Assembly: GCF_032191835.1 (NCBI RefSeq)
Contig: NC_083227.1
Span: 55,428,001 to 55,492,000 of the forward strand
Length of the DNA stretch: 64,000 nucleotides
Direction: 5' to 3'
From: Heteronotia binoei
Taxonomy: Eukaryota
Shown here: one piece after another, positions 13,928 to 26,700 of the stretch
Layout: each line of letters starts with the position of its first letter
How positions within the stretch are numbered: the stretch's first letter is position 1
The notes under the pieces: generated by a model
Told to the model about the DNA's origin: nothing
Seen by the model: only the letters and a program-made list of their open reading frames with translations
The model's database searches: none
Translations under genes and position numbers: made by a program

Positions 13928-14509
13928 TGTCATGGGTGCTGGGGGCCCTGCAGAAGAAGCCGAGCCTGCAGAAGAAACTGTGCCCCTGCCACCTGCACCA
14001 GTGCCCCTGCCTCCTGCTGGAGAAGATCCAAGCCCCCCTGCCTCGCCCTCTCGGGTGGCTCGTGTGCATGACCGCCTTCGTCAGGACCTCAGGGATCGGA
14101 GGAGGGCGGCACGCTCACGAGCAAGATGCTCCCTGAGCCCTGAGTTTTGAAAAGATTCTGGCCCTTCTAGGAGTGAGGGTGCTTGAGTCTCAGCAGGATC
14201 CTGGCTGCCCTCTGAGTCAGCAATTAGCCCAAATGGGCAACAGGCAGCAGAGGGCTATATAGCTGTGGGCTTTGAGAGAAGGCTTTATGGAAGCAACTAG
14301 TCACTTACCTGATGTCCTAGCATCCACTTCGGCTTCTGGACCCCCTGACTCTGGCATTGACTTCTGGACCCCCTGACTTCGGCTTCTAAACCTCTGACCT
14401 ACGATACCTGGACTGTGATTCAGTTTGGCGCTTTGGACCCTCCTTGCTACCCAGCTACAGATCTTGGACTGCCCCTGGACTTCGCCTGGCCTGGCCCCAG
14501 CCCGTGACA
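13928..14509 (+). mobile_element. Solo LTR, Gypsy-like (582 bp)
   Basis: TGTCA...TGACA termini, perfect 5-bp TSD TAGCG, TATA-like CTATATAG near 14255. Strand assignment is tentative. Confidence 0.88.
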
Positions 14510-15031
14510 TAGCGATCCAAAAAACACTCTCCCACCTTTTAAGATATCTATGCCAACTCCCACTCAGAGGCTCAGCTAAACATCACTGTGAAAGGGAGCT
14601 TCTTCTACCATTCTCTTGCTCTTTAAGATCAGGTAATAACTATGCTCCAAAATCCTCCTTGGGAAGATGAGTTCTCTGTAATTACTACTTCTAAGGGCAT
14701 TGTTCCTGTCCTCAAATGTACTTTTCCTAATTTAGGACAGGATGGTAATTCTCAAGGATCTTTACAGCATCTGGCCTCCCTACCATTAGTCTTTTACCAG
14801 AGCAGAGAGTACATGAGGAGGATAAGGTGAACAGCCAAAACAGAGCAGCATTCCAATCAGTAGTGCTCAAAATCTCTGTAAGATCCTGAACAGACATCTC
14901 ATGAATCCTCACACAAGCCCTCAACTTTAAACTGCAGAAACCAAGCAGTCTCTGCTCTGCCACAAGGAGAGAGAGTCCTCTAGTAGTCAGTATAGTCACA
15001 CCAGGATTTGTAAGCAAGCTCCAGTTAGGCA

Positions 15032-16072
15032 TTGTTCATTGATGATTTGCTTGTTCATTAATGATTTGGAGATGGGAGTAAGCAGCAAAGTGGCTAAATT
15101 TGTGGATGACACTAAGTTGCTCAGGGTGGTGAGAACCAGGGAGTACAATGAGGTGCCCCAGGGAGATCTGTTGAGGTTAGGTTAATGTGGCAAATGAGGT
15201 TCAGCATGCACAAGTACAAAGTAATGCACAGTGAAGCAAAAAATTCTAACTATATGTTGATGTTGTCTGAACTAGTGGCAACTGAGATCTTGGAGTTATG
15301 GTAGATAACTTGCTGAAAATGTCAACTCACTGTGTGACTACAATAAAAAAGGCAAATGCTATGCAGGGGATTATTAGGAAAAGAACTGAAAACAAATCAG
15401 CCAGTATCATAATGCCCCTGTATAAATCTATGGTGCAGCCTCGTTTGAAATACTGTGTACAGCTCTGGTCACTATGCCTCAAAAAAGATATTATAGCACT
15501 GGAAAAGATGCAGAAAAGGGCAACTGAAATGATTACGGAATGGAACACCTTCCCTATGAAGAAAAATTAAAGAGACTGAGGCTCCGTAGCTTAGAGAAAT
15601 GACAATTGAGGGGTGACATTTACAAAATTATGAATGGGATATAGAAGGTAGAGAAAGAAGTACTTTTCTCCCTTTCTCACAATACAAGAATTCATGGGGG
15701 ACACTCAATTAAATTTATGAGCAGTATCCTTAGAACACACAAAAGGAATTACTTCTTTACTCAAAGAGTACTTAACACATGGAATTCACTGCCACAAGCA
15801 TAGACAGCTTCAAGAGAGAATTGGATAAATATATGGAGCAGAGGTCCATCAGTAGCTATTAGTCACATGATATAGATGGAACTCTCTGTCTGGGGCAAAT
15901 GATGCTCTGTATTCTTGGTGCTTGGGAGCCAACAGTGGGATGGCTTCTGAAGTTCTGGCCCTGCCGGTGGATCTCCTGATGGCACCTGGGTTTTGGCCAC
16001 TGAGTGACACAGAGGATTGGACTGAATGAGCCATTGACCTGATCCAACATGGCTACCCTTATGTTCTTATGT
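15032..16072 (+). mobile_element. CR1 LINE, 5'-truncated 3' fragment
   Basis: Decayed ORF2 (FVDDTKL; VQPRLKYCVQLWS...[17 protein letters not shown]); CR1 3' UTR ending TTATGTTCTTATGT; homologous to the 45.1 kb and 48.5-54.3 kb copies. Confidence 0.92.
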
Positions 16073-18950
16073 CAGCCTGCAAGACACAATAGTACTACTG
16101 GTATACAGCAGCACCATGCTGATTTCGAAAATAGCCTCAGTCAAGGGTTTCCCAATTCCCTGCCATCACAAGCACCTGCAGCTCAGAGAAATTCATTGAA
16201 CACTAGAAAGAAGCTGCAGGCAGCCACTTTGGTCCAAAGCAAAGTACAAAACCAAAAGCAAGGTGACACCTACCTGTCCACTTCAGTCATTTTTGGAGGC
16301 CCTGCTTTTGGATGCCCCATGTTCTTAGGCTGGACAAATGCCAACCCAAGAAAGGGACTTTCTTGGCCATCATCCAAAAATTTGGGGCTCCCTCCCCATG
16401 AAGATTCACTGGTGGCCCTCTGCTGTTGTCTCCCACCAGTGGGTGAAAGCTTTTTTGTTGTGTTTGGCATCCCCTCAATAACTGCTATTAGCCCTCCTCC
16501 CTGGTTTTGGTGTTCTGCATTTATATGTTTTTACTGAATATTTTATAATTTTAAAATGCTATCTTAATGTTAAAACATTTTAACATTAATTGCCATGGAA
16601 ACCCTATATGGGTGAAAAGGCATCACAGAAATCTTTTAAATTAATAAATAAATGCCTTTTCAAATCAGGGTTAACAAATTCCACTGAACAGTACAGAAGC
16701 TTTCAACATTTTTCCAAAACACAACAAAAAGAGTGGAGAGGGGTGAGACATCTCAGGGCCATGATCTCAAGACCTTGTCTTCCCAGCATCCTGAGAGGAA
16801 AGCCAAAGGGTGCAACTTGACACCAACCCTATTTTAAGTCTCCATACCTACTCAGCATTCCTCACAGGATGCTTACATGCAAGACAAGACCTGTCTTGTC
16901 CTTTTCATTGTCCTTTCCATTGCTCTTTAACATCCACCCTGGTTAAGAGTTCTAGAGAACTTGAAAGCTTATACAATGTTCTGCATTATTTTTTTTAATT
17001 TGCTCTAATAAAAGATGATACGTGGACTCCCCCTCCCCAAGAAATACTCTACTACTTAAAACAGTGAGTGTTTTTTTTTTAAATTACTAATCCCTGTCAT
17101 CTCTCTAGAATTGATTAGTTGCAAAGTGAATCCAGCATGAGGGATAATGAAGAAAACAGGTAACCAAAAAGATTGAGATAAAGAAAAAGAAACTAAAATA
17201 TAACTATGCACACAGTGCTCATGTACAAAATATCACACATAATTTAATTATACATTCAAAAGTGCTAAACTATCATTTAAAAACCACAACCCTATGGTTC
17301 TGCATATGAGTACCTAATCCTAATGTAAAAGCAAAGGTGTAATCATATAAATACAAGTTAAAAGGTATAACTTATATCCATATACAAGAACCGATACCAA
17401 ACGTGTTTCGAGTAAAAGCCTTCCTTGGTGGTAAAATTCAAACAGAGAACTCTATAAGTTTAACAAAAATATACAAACTAGCAATACACAGAATGGACAC
17501 TGAGATGTTCACTTGTGGAGTAAGTGGTGATAAATATTCATGCCATGCATCATGGGCAACTCATCAAAATGTACAATATTTCATATGTCCATGGATCTAC
17601 CTAGGTTCAATCTGCAGTGCTCAAAGATCCAATGGAGTACTCAGGTACAAAGAAAAAAAATCAGCCATGAAGAAAAAAAGCCGCAGGGAAGCATGCTAGA
17701 TATGATAGAAAACCAGAGTGGTGTAGTGTCTGGAATGCTAGACTAGTTTCAGATCTCTACTATACCCTGAGCCTTGCTGGGTGACCTTGGGCTAGCAGCT
17801 CTCTCAACCTAGCCCTACCTCACAGAACTGTTGTAAGGATCAAACAAAGGATTGTAGAATTATATATGCCAACCAGAACCCTTTGGGGGAAAAGATAAAA
17901 ATGTGCTGAAAGCCATTACAAAAACCACACTGACATTCTGCTTCAGTCTTTCATCTGGCCTCTGAAATACTGAACTGGAAAAGAAACCACAGTTTTCTGA
18001 GACAATCTCCCCTCTTCCAAGGTAGCACACCTTCCCCCCCTTGAGACTTATTAAACCGGCTGCTTTAATCTGGCAGGGAATCAAAGCAGCATGTGAATCT
18101 AGCTCTTGTACAGGGTACCTGCTGCCAGCTGTACTGCTGATTCCTGACAAACCCCCTTCAAGCTGCAGTTCACCGCTGTCAACACCCCAGACATCCTCAG
18201 CAGCATTATGCCAGAGGTAGCAAAACATACTAGCCCATCTGTGACAGGTGGACAACAGGGGAAACTGGGGTTTCAGCAAGTATCACTGGATGTCATTTGA
18301 AATTCCCTCTTATGAAGGAAGAGAGGTGGGGGGGATCAAGTGAAAAGAGACTGTTTGCTTTGGCACTCTGCATTCCTGCTTTTTAATGACATCTCCCACC
18401 ATGTAGAGCAGACCCCTAATCTTCTTCCCCATCTTTCTGAGGGGTGCAGGTGGTCACAGTTTATATTTAGAGGATTGCCTTTTGGTCAGATGCTTACCAA
18501 CTGAAAAATGAAATGAAATATTAACAGACTATTGATTAGCTTGGTTCCTTGTGCAGTTTTGTAACAAACTGCCCTTTTGTTCCTTAATTACCAAGCAAAC
18601 AGATCCCTTTGATAAGTCACACATTTTCATCTCACACCGTCATCTTGCCTTAGTGCACAGCACCTGAAATCTGTACAAGTCCTTTATATCATTTATGTTT
18701 ATATTTAGAATACGGGTTACAAGTCCTCAACTGTACTAAGAACAAAAGCCCTGCTTGACAGGAAACAATTAATGTACTTACATCCTATCTGTACACATGT
18801 ACCTGTTTGTTAGAAACAGCCAACACATGTTCACCTTACAAATGAAACAAGAAACCAGTACCTGGATAAATGTGGAGTTTAAGCCATACACTGAGTTGTA
18901 CTTCTGTTGAATGCAACATGAAAATTACTCTAATTCAGAAGATCACACTG

Positions 18951-19238
18951 TGGTCGTTTTCGCACTCACCTTAATCAGCAGCGACGACCCTCTTCACCGT
19001 GCAGGATCTGCACGGATTTTGCACTAATTGCCGTGGAGCACCCAGAAGAGCCGGAAAGTCCCGGCGCTTTTGCGGCGCAAACGGAAACTGGTTTTTGGCG
19101 GTTTCCGTTTGCGCCGCAAAAGCGCCGGGACTTTCCAGCTCTTCTGGGTGTTCCGCGGCAATTAGTGCGAAATCCGCGCAGATCCTGCGCGGTGAAGAGG
19201 GTCGTCGCTGCTGATTAAGGTGAGTGCGAAAACGACCA
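18951..19238. mobile_element. Foldback MITE (288 bp, Harbinger-like termini)
   Basis: 138-bp arms (18951-19088, 19101-19238) around a 12-nt loop; termini TGGTCGTTTTCGCACT / AGTGCGAAAACGACCA; TSD not clear. Confidence 0.8.
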
Positions 19239-20700
19239 GTGATTACTGACATTCTAACTGGTGGATTGAGATTTGAGGGGTCCCATCTGCATATATTTCC
19301 CTGACCTGGATAACCCAGGCTAATCCAATCTCATCATCTAGTCAGCTAAACAGGGTTGGCCCTGGTAAGTTTTTGGGAGACCACCAAGAAATATCAGGGT
19401 CATGAGACAATGGCAAACCACCTCTCAATGTCTTTTGTCTTGAAAACCATATGGAGCAGCCATAGATCAGCTCAGCTGTGATTTGATCACACACACACAA
19501 AAAATCTGTATACACTGAGTAGGTTGGGGTGGAGTGCTTTTTACAAAACACAAAGGAAGGACTCTGCAGATCACATACACATGGTTTGGAAGGAAGCACT
19601 TCATTCTGCCTGATACAATTTCACTGCTTCAGAAATCACACTCATTTTTCCATATTTTACTCTCTTTTTTTCCCAAAAGAACACTCAGTGCCTGCAATCA
19701 GAAAAAAGAAATCTTGTATGGCATGCCTTTTCTCACACAATAATGACACTTCATGCTGTTCCATATGGAGAAATAAAAAGTCAGGTCACGTTATGCCTGA
19801 AATGGTCTTTAATAAACAACAAAAAAGTTTATTTTACCAACTTTCACATGGTTCTGATTTTATAAAGTGAATAAAAGCTACCCATCTTTGAATACAGTCA
19901 TTAGGGTTTTTCCTCCCCCCCCCCCTTTTAACTCGTTAACACATAAGCAATGTGTTAGTTTCAGCAGAGCTTCGGCTCCCCATGATTCATTCATCCATTT
20001 CAGCAGAGCAATCCTTCTGCGACCATCATGTTATTGACAAACTCCTGGTGTTGCTTTTTTCAATATTCTTTTTATATAAGTGAACAAGAATGTTTTATGG
20101 ATCTTTATGGAGTCCTTTATGGCTCTTTATGGTGTCGCCTCTGCCTTTCATACATTCAACAATGTGAAAATTGTTGAAGTAAGAAAATACCAGACACCAA
20201 AACATTTCAAGGAGACAGCAACTGCAGCCTTGAAGAGATACACAGCCTTGGACACCACTGTCTCCTCTTCTACCCGGCAGACCTGCTGGGACTGCTGCAG
20301 TTATGTCTGGGGCAAACACTAGTCTGGCTGTCGCTACCCTCTCCTTCTCCCAGCCAGGCTCCCAGGATGTGGGGGACAGCACAACAAGGCTGGGGCTACC
20401 GCCAGACAATCAAAAATTGCCAGCACTGTGACTCAATTATTTCTGGGAAGTGCTACATTGTATTTTAATTAGGCTGTAAACCACTTCTAACATCAGACAT
20501 ACCATGGGATATATACATTTTAAAACAAATAAATAGTTCCTTTTACTCAGGGCAGGATTCAAGCCAGAAAGCAGGACACTCCTCCAACTTGTAAGAAGAA
20601 AATCTTTTCCCACTTTTTGAGATGCTGAACATTTTGCTGTTGAGGAAAAGGCTATTCTCTATAGAGTGCTTAAATTGGAGGGAAAGGCTACTCTCTACAG

Positions 20701-20836
20701 CAGGGGTGGACAATGGTAGCTCTCCAGATGTTTTTTGCCTACAACTCCCATCAGCCTCAGCCATTGGCCATGCTGGCTGGGGCTAATGGGAGTTGTAGGC
20801 AAAAAAAATCTGGAGAGCTACCGCTGGTCACCCCTG
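20701..20836. mobile_element. hAT (Charlie-type) MITE (136 bp)
   Basis: CAGGGGTGG...CACCCCTG termini, internal hairpin, perfect 8-bp TSD CTCTACAG. Confidence 0.88.
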
Positions 20837-21204
20837 CTCTACAGAGTTCTTAAATTCTTCTTCCATGATAGAACTAGATGTGGTGATCACATCCTTCTTC
20901 CATGATAGAACGAGATGTGGTGATCTGTATAAAATTTCCAGGCTGCTTCCCATTCAAGCACTGACTCAGCTGAGACCTGCTTAGCTCAATATGTATAGCA
21001 ACGGGGCTACATCAAACAACCACACAACCATATTCTTGGCCTAACTACTGCACTTGAATCTGAACATTCATGCCCACTGACAATTACCAGGGGAAGGCAG
21101 TCACTGTCTCTCAAACTGCCTTACAAATTTCCACAAAAGTGCTTATTAATGTGATAGGCAAAACCTCCCACTGTGTGTGCGCAAACATATGAGCCTGTTA
21201 AGTA

Positions 21205-21560
21205 CCACCAAGCCCGTTTCAACTTATGGTAACCTATGAATTAGTGCCTCCAAAACATCCTATCATTAACAGCCTTGCTCAGGTCTTGCAAACGGAGGGC
21301 CGTTGCTTCCTTGATTGAGTCAATTCATCTCATGTTGGGTCTTCCTCTTTTCTTGCTGCCTTCAACTTTTCCTAGCATGTTTGTCTTTTCTAGTGACTCT
21401 TGTCTTCACATGATGTAACCAAAGTAACATAGCCTCAGTTTAGTCATTTCAGCCTCTATGGGGAGTTTGGGCTTGATTTGACTGAGAACCCACTTATCTA
21501 TCTTTTTAGCAATCCATGGTATCCATAAAACTCTCCTCCAATACCAAATTTCAAATGAAA
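21205..21560 (-). mobile_element. RTE-clade LINE 3' fragment
   Basis: CTTCCTTGATTGAGTCAATTCATCTCATGTTGGGTCTTCCTCTTTTC is the reverse of the RTE ORF2 end (KRKRGRP..RW.DSI), as in the BovB copies here. Confidence 0.7.
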
Positions 21561-22599
21561 TGCCACTACATGTTGTGATACTGCGACTGCGGTTTTGTCA
21601 AATTCAGCCTTCAGCTACATAGTCAAATTGTCTTCCCCATTTACTTAGAAGCAACCTTCCATAAAGACATCCATTCAATTCATTTCATGGCAACATTTTA
21701 TAGAAGCTAACTTCTATATACCTGCTTTAGACCCAAAGCAATTTAATTCTGATTTCAGCTTTAAAAGCCGGTGGGGGGGGGGTGCTCTTTGACTGATATA
21801 TTCATGATTGTCCCCTGGCTGTTTCAGTCAGTTTCCAACTTCCTGCGGGGTGGGGGGGGGGATCTGTCAGCTAAGTGGGCAGTGGCTGCAATGCTCTGAA
21901 AAGAAATACCGCAGAAATTGTTTTAGGGGGACAAGGCAGAGCTTGTCATACAAACTGAGAGCCATTTCCAGTCTTCGTTTACAAGGCAAAGAACTTTAAT
22001 CTTTAAACACTCTGTGTATTCTTTAAATATTAATGGCATGGTCTGTTTTTGTGGCTTGTAAAACAAATGCAGAGCATGGATGCCATGCAAATTGCTGTTG
22101 GGAAAAGTGCGCTGGAAGGGAAAGATTTAGATATATATCTGCAGGTTCCAAAGCACCTAATATTCACTGCTTTGGATTTTTTTCTCAGTTAAATGTAACC
22201 ATCTTTACCAAAGTAGTCAGTTTTCTGGCTAAAAAAATCTCACTGGGTGAATCTTGATTTGATCTTGTTCAGTCCTCTGGATGCTGTATTCTGCTCTACT
22301 TCCCTTCCTTTTTTCCACTGCAGCTTCTTTTTCCTTTCTGAATAGATCATGCAGTTCACTCTCCCAGTCAGGAATCAGGCAGTGTATCAGACGATGTCAC
22401 AAATCTGCACAAGCCATGAGATCTGTCACTGTGACAACATCACTGAAGGCAAATGATGCCTGTTAAAAATGAGAGATAGTCGGGGCAATGCAAATAAATC
22501 TGAACATTTTTTCCTGCAACGAGTGCCAAAAATAACTGAAATAGGAAAGGTATGTCTCAGCATGCTGAAAACTTTCATGAAACACGGAGTAGTTTCATA

Positions 22600-22995
22600 T
22601 GAAGCTGCCTTACACTGAACCAGACCATTGGATTTATCAGGGCAGTCTACTCTAGCCAGCAGTCACTCTCCAGGTTTTTAGGTGGAGATTTTTAGCTGGA
22701 GTTTCTCAAGTGGAGGTTTTTCACTGGGATACAACCTGGAATCTTCTGCATGCAAAGGGGAGTGGCTGTGGCTCAGAAAAAGAGCCTCTGTTTAGCATGC
22801 AGAAGGTCCAGGTTCAATCCCTGGTACCTCTAGTTATGGTCAGGTGGTAGGTGATGTGAAATATCTCAGCCTGACACCCTGGAGAGCTGCTGCCAGTCTA
22901 AATAGACAATATTGACCATGATGGACCAATGGTGTGATTCAGCACAAGGCAGTTTCATGTGTGTTCAAAGCAGATGCTCTACCATTGAGTCATGC
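22600..22995. mobile_element. tRNA-head/CR1-tail SINE (minus) with a same-family copy (plus, ~22762-22965) nested inside
   Basis: Minus part CATATGAAGCTGCCTTACACTGAACCAGACCATTGG...; plus part GGCTGTGGCTCAG...GGTTCAATCCCTGG...CAAGGCAGTTTCATGTG; AAAG on both sides; a further copy at ~35150-35355. Confidence 0.6.
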
Positions 22996-24012
22996 ACCAC
23001 CATAGCTTCAGCTTACTTTCACTATGGTTCCATAGTTTTACTGTTATGATCCACCCAGAGCCTGCTTGTGGGGAGGGTGAAATATAAATTTGAAAAATAA
23101 AATAATAAATATTTCCATTCTCTACAAACATTCTGGCATTTGAGTTTGAGAAATCATTATGTTATTTTTTTTATTCTTGGGTCATTTAATGCTAGATTTT
23201 GAATTCTGGATTTTCTTTTTGCTGTACTACAGAATAATATGGCTATGCCCAATGAAAATAATCCTGGATTATTTTTGTTGACTAGTAAAAGAAGCTTTAC
23301 TGATTTTTTTTTATTTTTTAAAAAAAATTCTAACTTTTATAGTAAGTATTTGCCAGCATAAACACATAACCTGCACATCTAAACAGCAATTGTTTAGAGA
23401 AATGCTACAAGAATTAAACTTCTAATAAATTATAGTCAATCAGAGAGGAAGAGATATTTGGGCAATGTATCTACTCAAACCTTCCCCAGATTTAACTAGG
23501 ATTTAGCAAATGGGGGAAAATAAACCAAAAGCAACTGGTAGGCAACTGGAAAGCTGCCCAAGCAACAAAACCTGGGATGACTTAGCTATGTGTTAGCTAG
23601 CTTAGCAAAACTAGGAAAACTGCATTATCATAAATTAGTGCTGTTGTGAATTGCCTCTAATTAAATCTAAATTGTACATAATTATATCTCACTTTGTACT
23701 TCCTGTTTTTCATGGTCCTTTTATCCTTCAGAACCAGTTAAAAGCTTTGGGGTTATACTGGATCCAGTTTTATTACTGGAGAAGCAAGCTGATGCAGCAG
23801 CAAAAAAGGCTTTCTACCTACTCTGCCTAGCCCATAGGATGGCCCCTTACCTTGATATGGCTGACCTGGCCACCTGGATCCTTGCCACAGTAACATCAAG
23901 ACTAGACTTCTATAATGCACTGTAAACTGGTCTCCCCTCAACATCAACTCAGAAACTCCAACTAGTCCACAATGCCACAGATCAGCTGTTAGCCAGAGCT
24001 AAATGGAGCACA

Positions 24013-24370
24013 GGAGCCCCATGGTACAGAGTGGCAAAACTGTAATACTGCAGTCCAAGCTCTGCTCACCACCTGATTTTGATCCCAGCGGAAGCTGGGT
24101 TCAGGTAGCTGGCTCAAGGTTGAATCAGCCTTTCATCCTTCCGAGGTCTGTAAAACAGGGGTAATTTGCCATTGCAATTTAGACTTAATTAGAAAAAGTG
24201 CAGAGACAATTCACAACAGCACTAATTTATGATAATGCAGGGGGTAAAGTGTAGATGCTGGGAACAGCAATGGCAAACCACCCTGTAACAAAAAGTCTGC
24301 CAACAAAACGCAATGATGAGACATCACCCCATGGGTCGGTAATGATTCGGTGCTTGCATCTTTACCTTTA
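24013..24370 (+). mobile_element. Sauria-type SINE
   Basis: Head GGAGCCCCATGGTACAGAGTGG; GGAAGCTGGGTTCAGGTAGC; GGCAATGGCAAACCACC; (ACCTTT) tail; matches 34.6 and 55.8 kb copies. Confidence 0.85.
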
Positions 24371-24384
24371 GATGGAGCATATGT

Positions 24385-25230
24385 ATTACTCCCATTGTGC
24401 AGATGCTCCTTTGGCTGCCCATTTGTTACTGAATTCTGGTTTAAACTATTGGCTATCACATTCAATGCCCTTAAAGGCTTTGACCCCTCTTAATGATGGG
24501 ACCACCTCTCTCCCTATGTTCAACATCCGTCTTGCTGTGCATCCCCACATTGGGATTGCTGCGAGGCAGGCCTGCCGCAGAGACTGATTGACAAGCTTAG
24601 AATTCTTCCAGAACCGGATGGCCTGCCGCTAGAATAGACTGTGTCTGTTCTAACTCCCCGCTTAACAGTCTCCTCCCCTATGGTGGACTGCCCCCATTCC
24701 CTCAGTTCCGCTTCCGCCACCGAAAGCTCTATAACAACATTGCTCAAGTCAGTAGTAGTTTCTGCAGGTGCCAACTGGCAAATGGGCAAAATCAACAACT
24801 GCCCATACAAATACTTTCTCCATTGTGACTCCAACCTTGTCGAATGGTTTGCCCAAGGAGGCCAGGAAAGTTCCCACTCTCTGGGCTTTCTGCCAACTAT
24901 GCAAAACTGCACTATTCAAGAGGGCTCTTCTGTGCAGGTAACAGGATTGCACTGTACAGAATGGTTTTACAAACTTGCTTAGATAAATTATTAGGGACTG
25001 TGGTCCATATTGCTTATCTCTTATTTTAAGTAGGATCCTATTTCTGTACTGCTTAATGTGTCAGGTGAATACTTACGCTATGCTTCAGTTCCTTCTGGTG
25101 GTTCCAGACTCCTGAAATCCTAATGCATTGGTTAATGAATGCCCCATTTTGTTGATTGTACCGACTCACTATGTGTAATCAGCCTTGAGTCCCTAATGGA
25201 AAGGATGACTAAATGATAGAAATAAATAAA
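24385..25230 (+). mobile_element. L2-clade LINE 3' fragment
   Basis: Decayed WLP...FKLLAITFNAL and FSIVTPTLSNGLPKEARKVPTLWAFCQLCKTALFKRA; tail GTAATCAGCCTTGAG...(AATA)n. Smaller L2 pieces at ~23790-24005 and ~35640-35930 (+). Confidence 0.75.
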
Positions 25231-25983
25231 TACATAAAACCTCCTAGTGAGAACCCGCCCTGCACACTTTTGACTAACTGGGCTCTGTAAAAGCTTATGC
25301 TAGAACTTTTAAGGCACCACAAGATTCCTGCTTACTTTTCCTACTTGTGACTAACAGGCTATAATGTATCACACGGGACAACCCTAGGCCTGCCACCAGA
25401 TTTATTTACTTCACTTATATACCACCCTTCTCCCCATTGGGGAACCCAAGTCATTCCTCTTACCTCCATTCTGTCCTCACAATACCAATGTTTGGTAGGT
25501 TGGACTGTGAGCGCATGGCTGGCAGCAAGCTTCCACGGAAGAGTGAAAAACTGAACCTGGGTCTCCCAGAACCTGGTCCAACATTCTTAACCACCATACC
25601 GGGTAGCCAATCCCCAAGAAACTACTGAATGATACCTGTATTACACATGTAGTTCTTAACATGCAAGTGTTGCACTCTTGTTTAATTTTTTAATGATACA
25701 TTTCAATATCTTAAGAGCACATCTGAAAACATGTGTAAAGGGGCTATGGGAACATTAGAAAATCACACTTTTTATTAACAACATAGCAGGAAGTGGGTGA
25801 CAATGGGACATTGTAGTAGCAGAGTAGTGGGTACAATCATCAGGAACTGCAGGGGCTAGAAAAGTAACTATCACTCCCAGACACACACACAAAAGGTACT
25901 ATATACTTCTAAGGGGATGCTTTGTTTCCAAGTAAGGTAAGCATTCTGTGCAATACTGGACAAAAAGCAGTATATCATGAGTT

Positions 25984-26700
25984 TTTGTTGTTCAGCTGCA
26001 CAGTTGAGTCCAACTCTTTGCGACCCCATAGACGAAGTCATACGAGGCCCTCCTGTCTTCCGCCATCCTCCAAAGGGTGCCCAAATTCATGTTATTTACA
26101 TCAGTAATGCCGTTCAGCCATCTCATCTTTTGGTATTCCCTTCTTCTTTTGCCTTCTGTCTTTCCCAGCATCAGGGTCTTCTCCAGTGAGTGCTCCCTTC
26201 TCATTTGGTGGCCAAAGTCTTTGAATTTCAGCTTCAGCATCTGACCTTCCAGGGAACAGTCAGGGTTGATTTCCCTTAGGACTGACTGATTTGATCTTCT
26301 TGCAGTCCAAGGGACTCTCAAGAGTCTTCTCCATCACCATAATTCAAAAGCATCTATTCTTCTGCACTCGGCCCTCTTTATGGTCCAACTCTCACAGCCA
26401 TACATTACTACTGGGAATACCATCGCTTTGACTATATGGACTTTTGTTGGCAGGGTGATGTCTCTGCTTTTTATTATACTGCCTAGGTTTGTCATGCTGT
26501 CCTCCAAAGGAGCAGATGTCTTTTAATTTCATGGCTACCGTCACCATTTGCAGTGATCTTGGATCCCAGGAATGTGAAGTCTGTCACTACTTCCATGTCT
26601 TCCCCTTCTATTTGCCAAGATGTGATGGGGTCAGACGCTATGATCTTAGTTTATTTGATGTTGAGTTTCAAGCTTTTTTTTATGCTCTCCTCTTTTACCC
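25984..26700 (-). mobile_element. RTE/BovB LINE 3' fragment
   Basis: EINPDCSLEGQMLKLKFKDFGHQMRREHSLEKTLMLGKTEGKRRR; tail TATGGGGTCGCAAAGAGTTGGAC...(CAA)n on minus. Confidence 0.92.

Noticed and set aside
22030-22485. Strong minus acceptor (CTCTCATTTTTAACAG) followed by unique sequence
   Set aside because: All frames stop within 21 codons and there is no clear donor.
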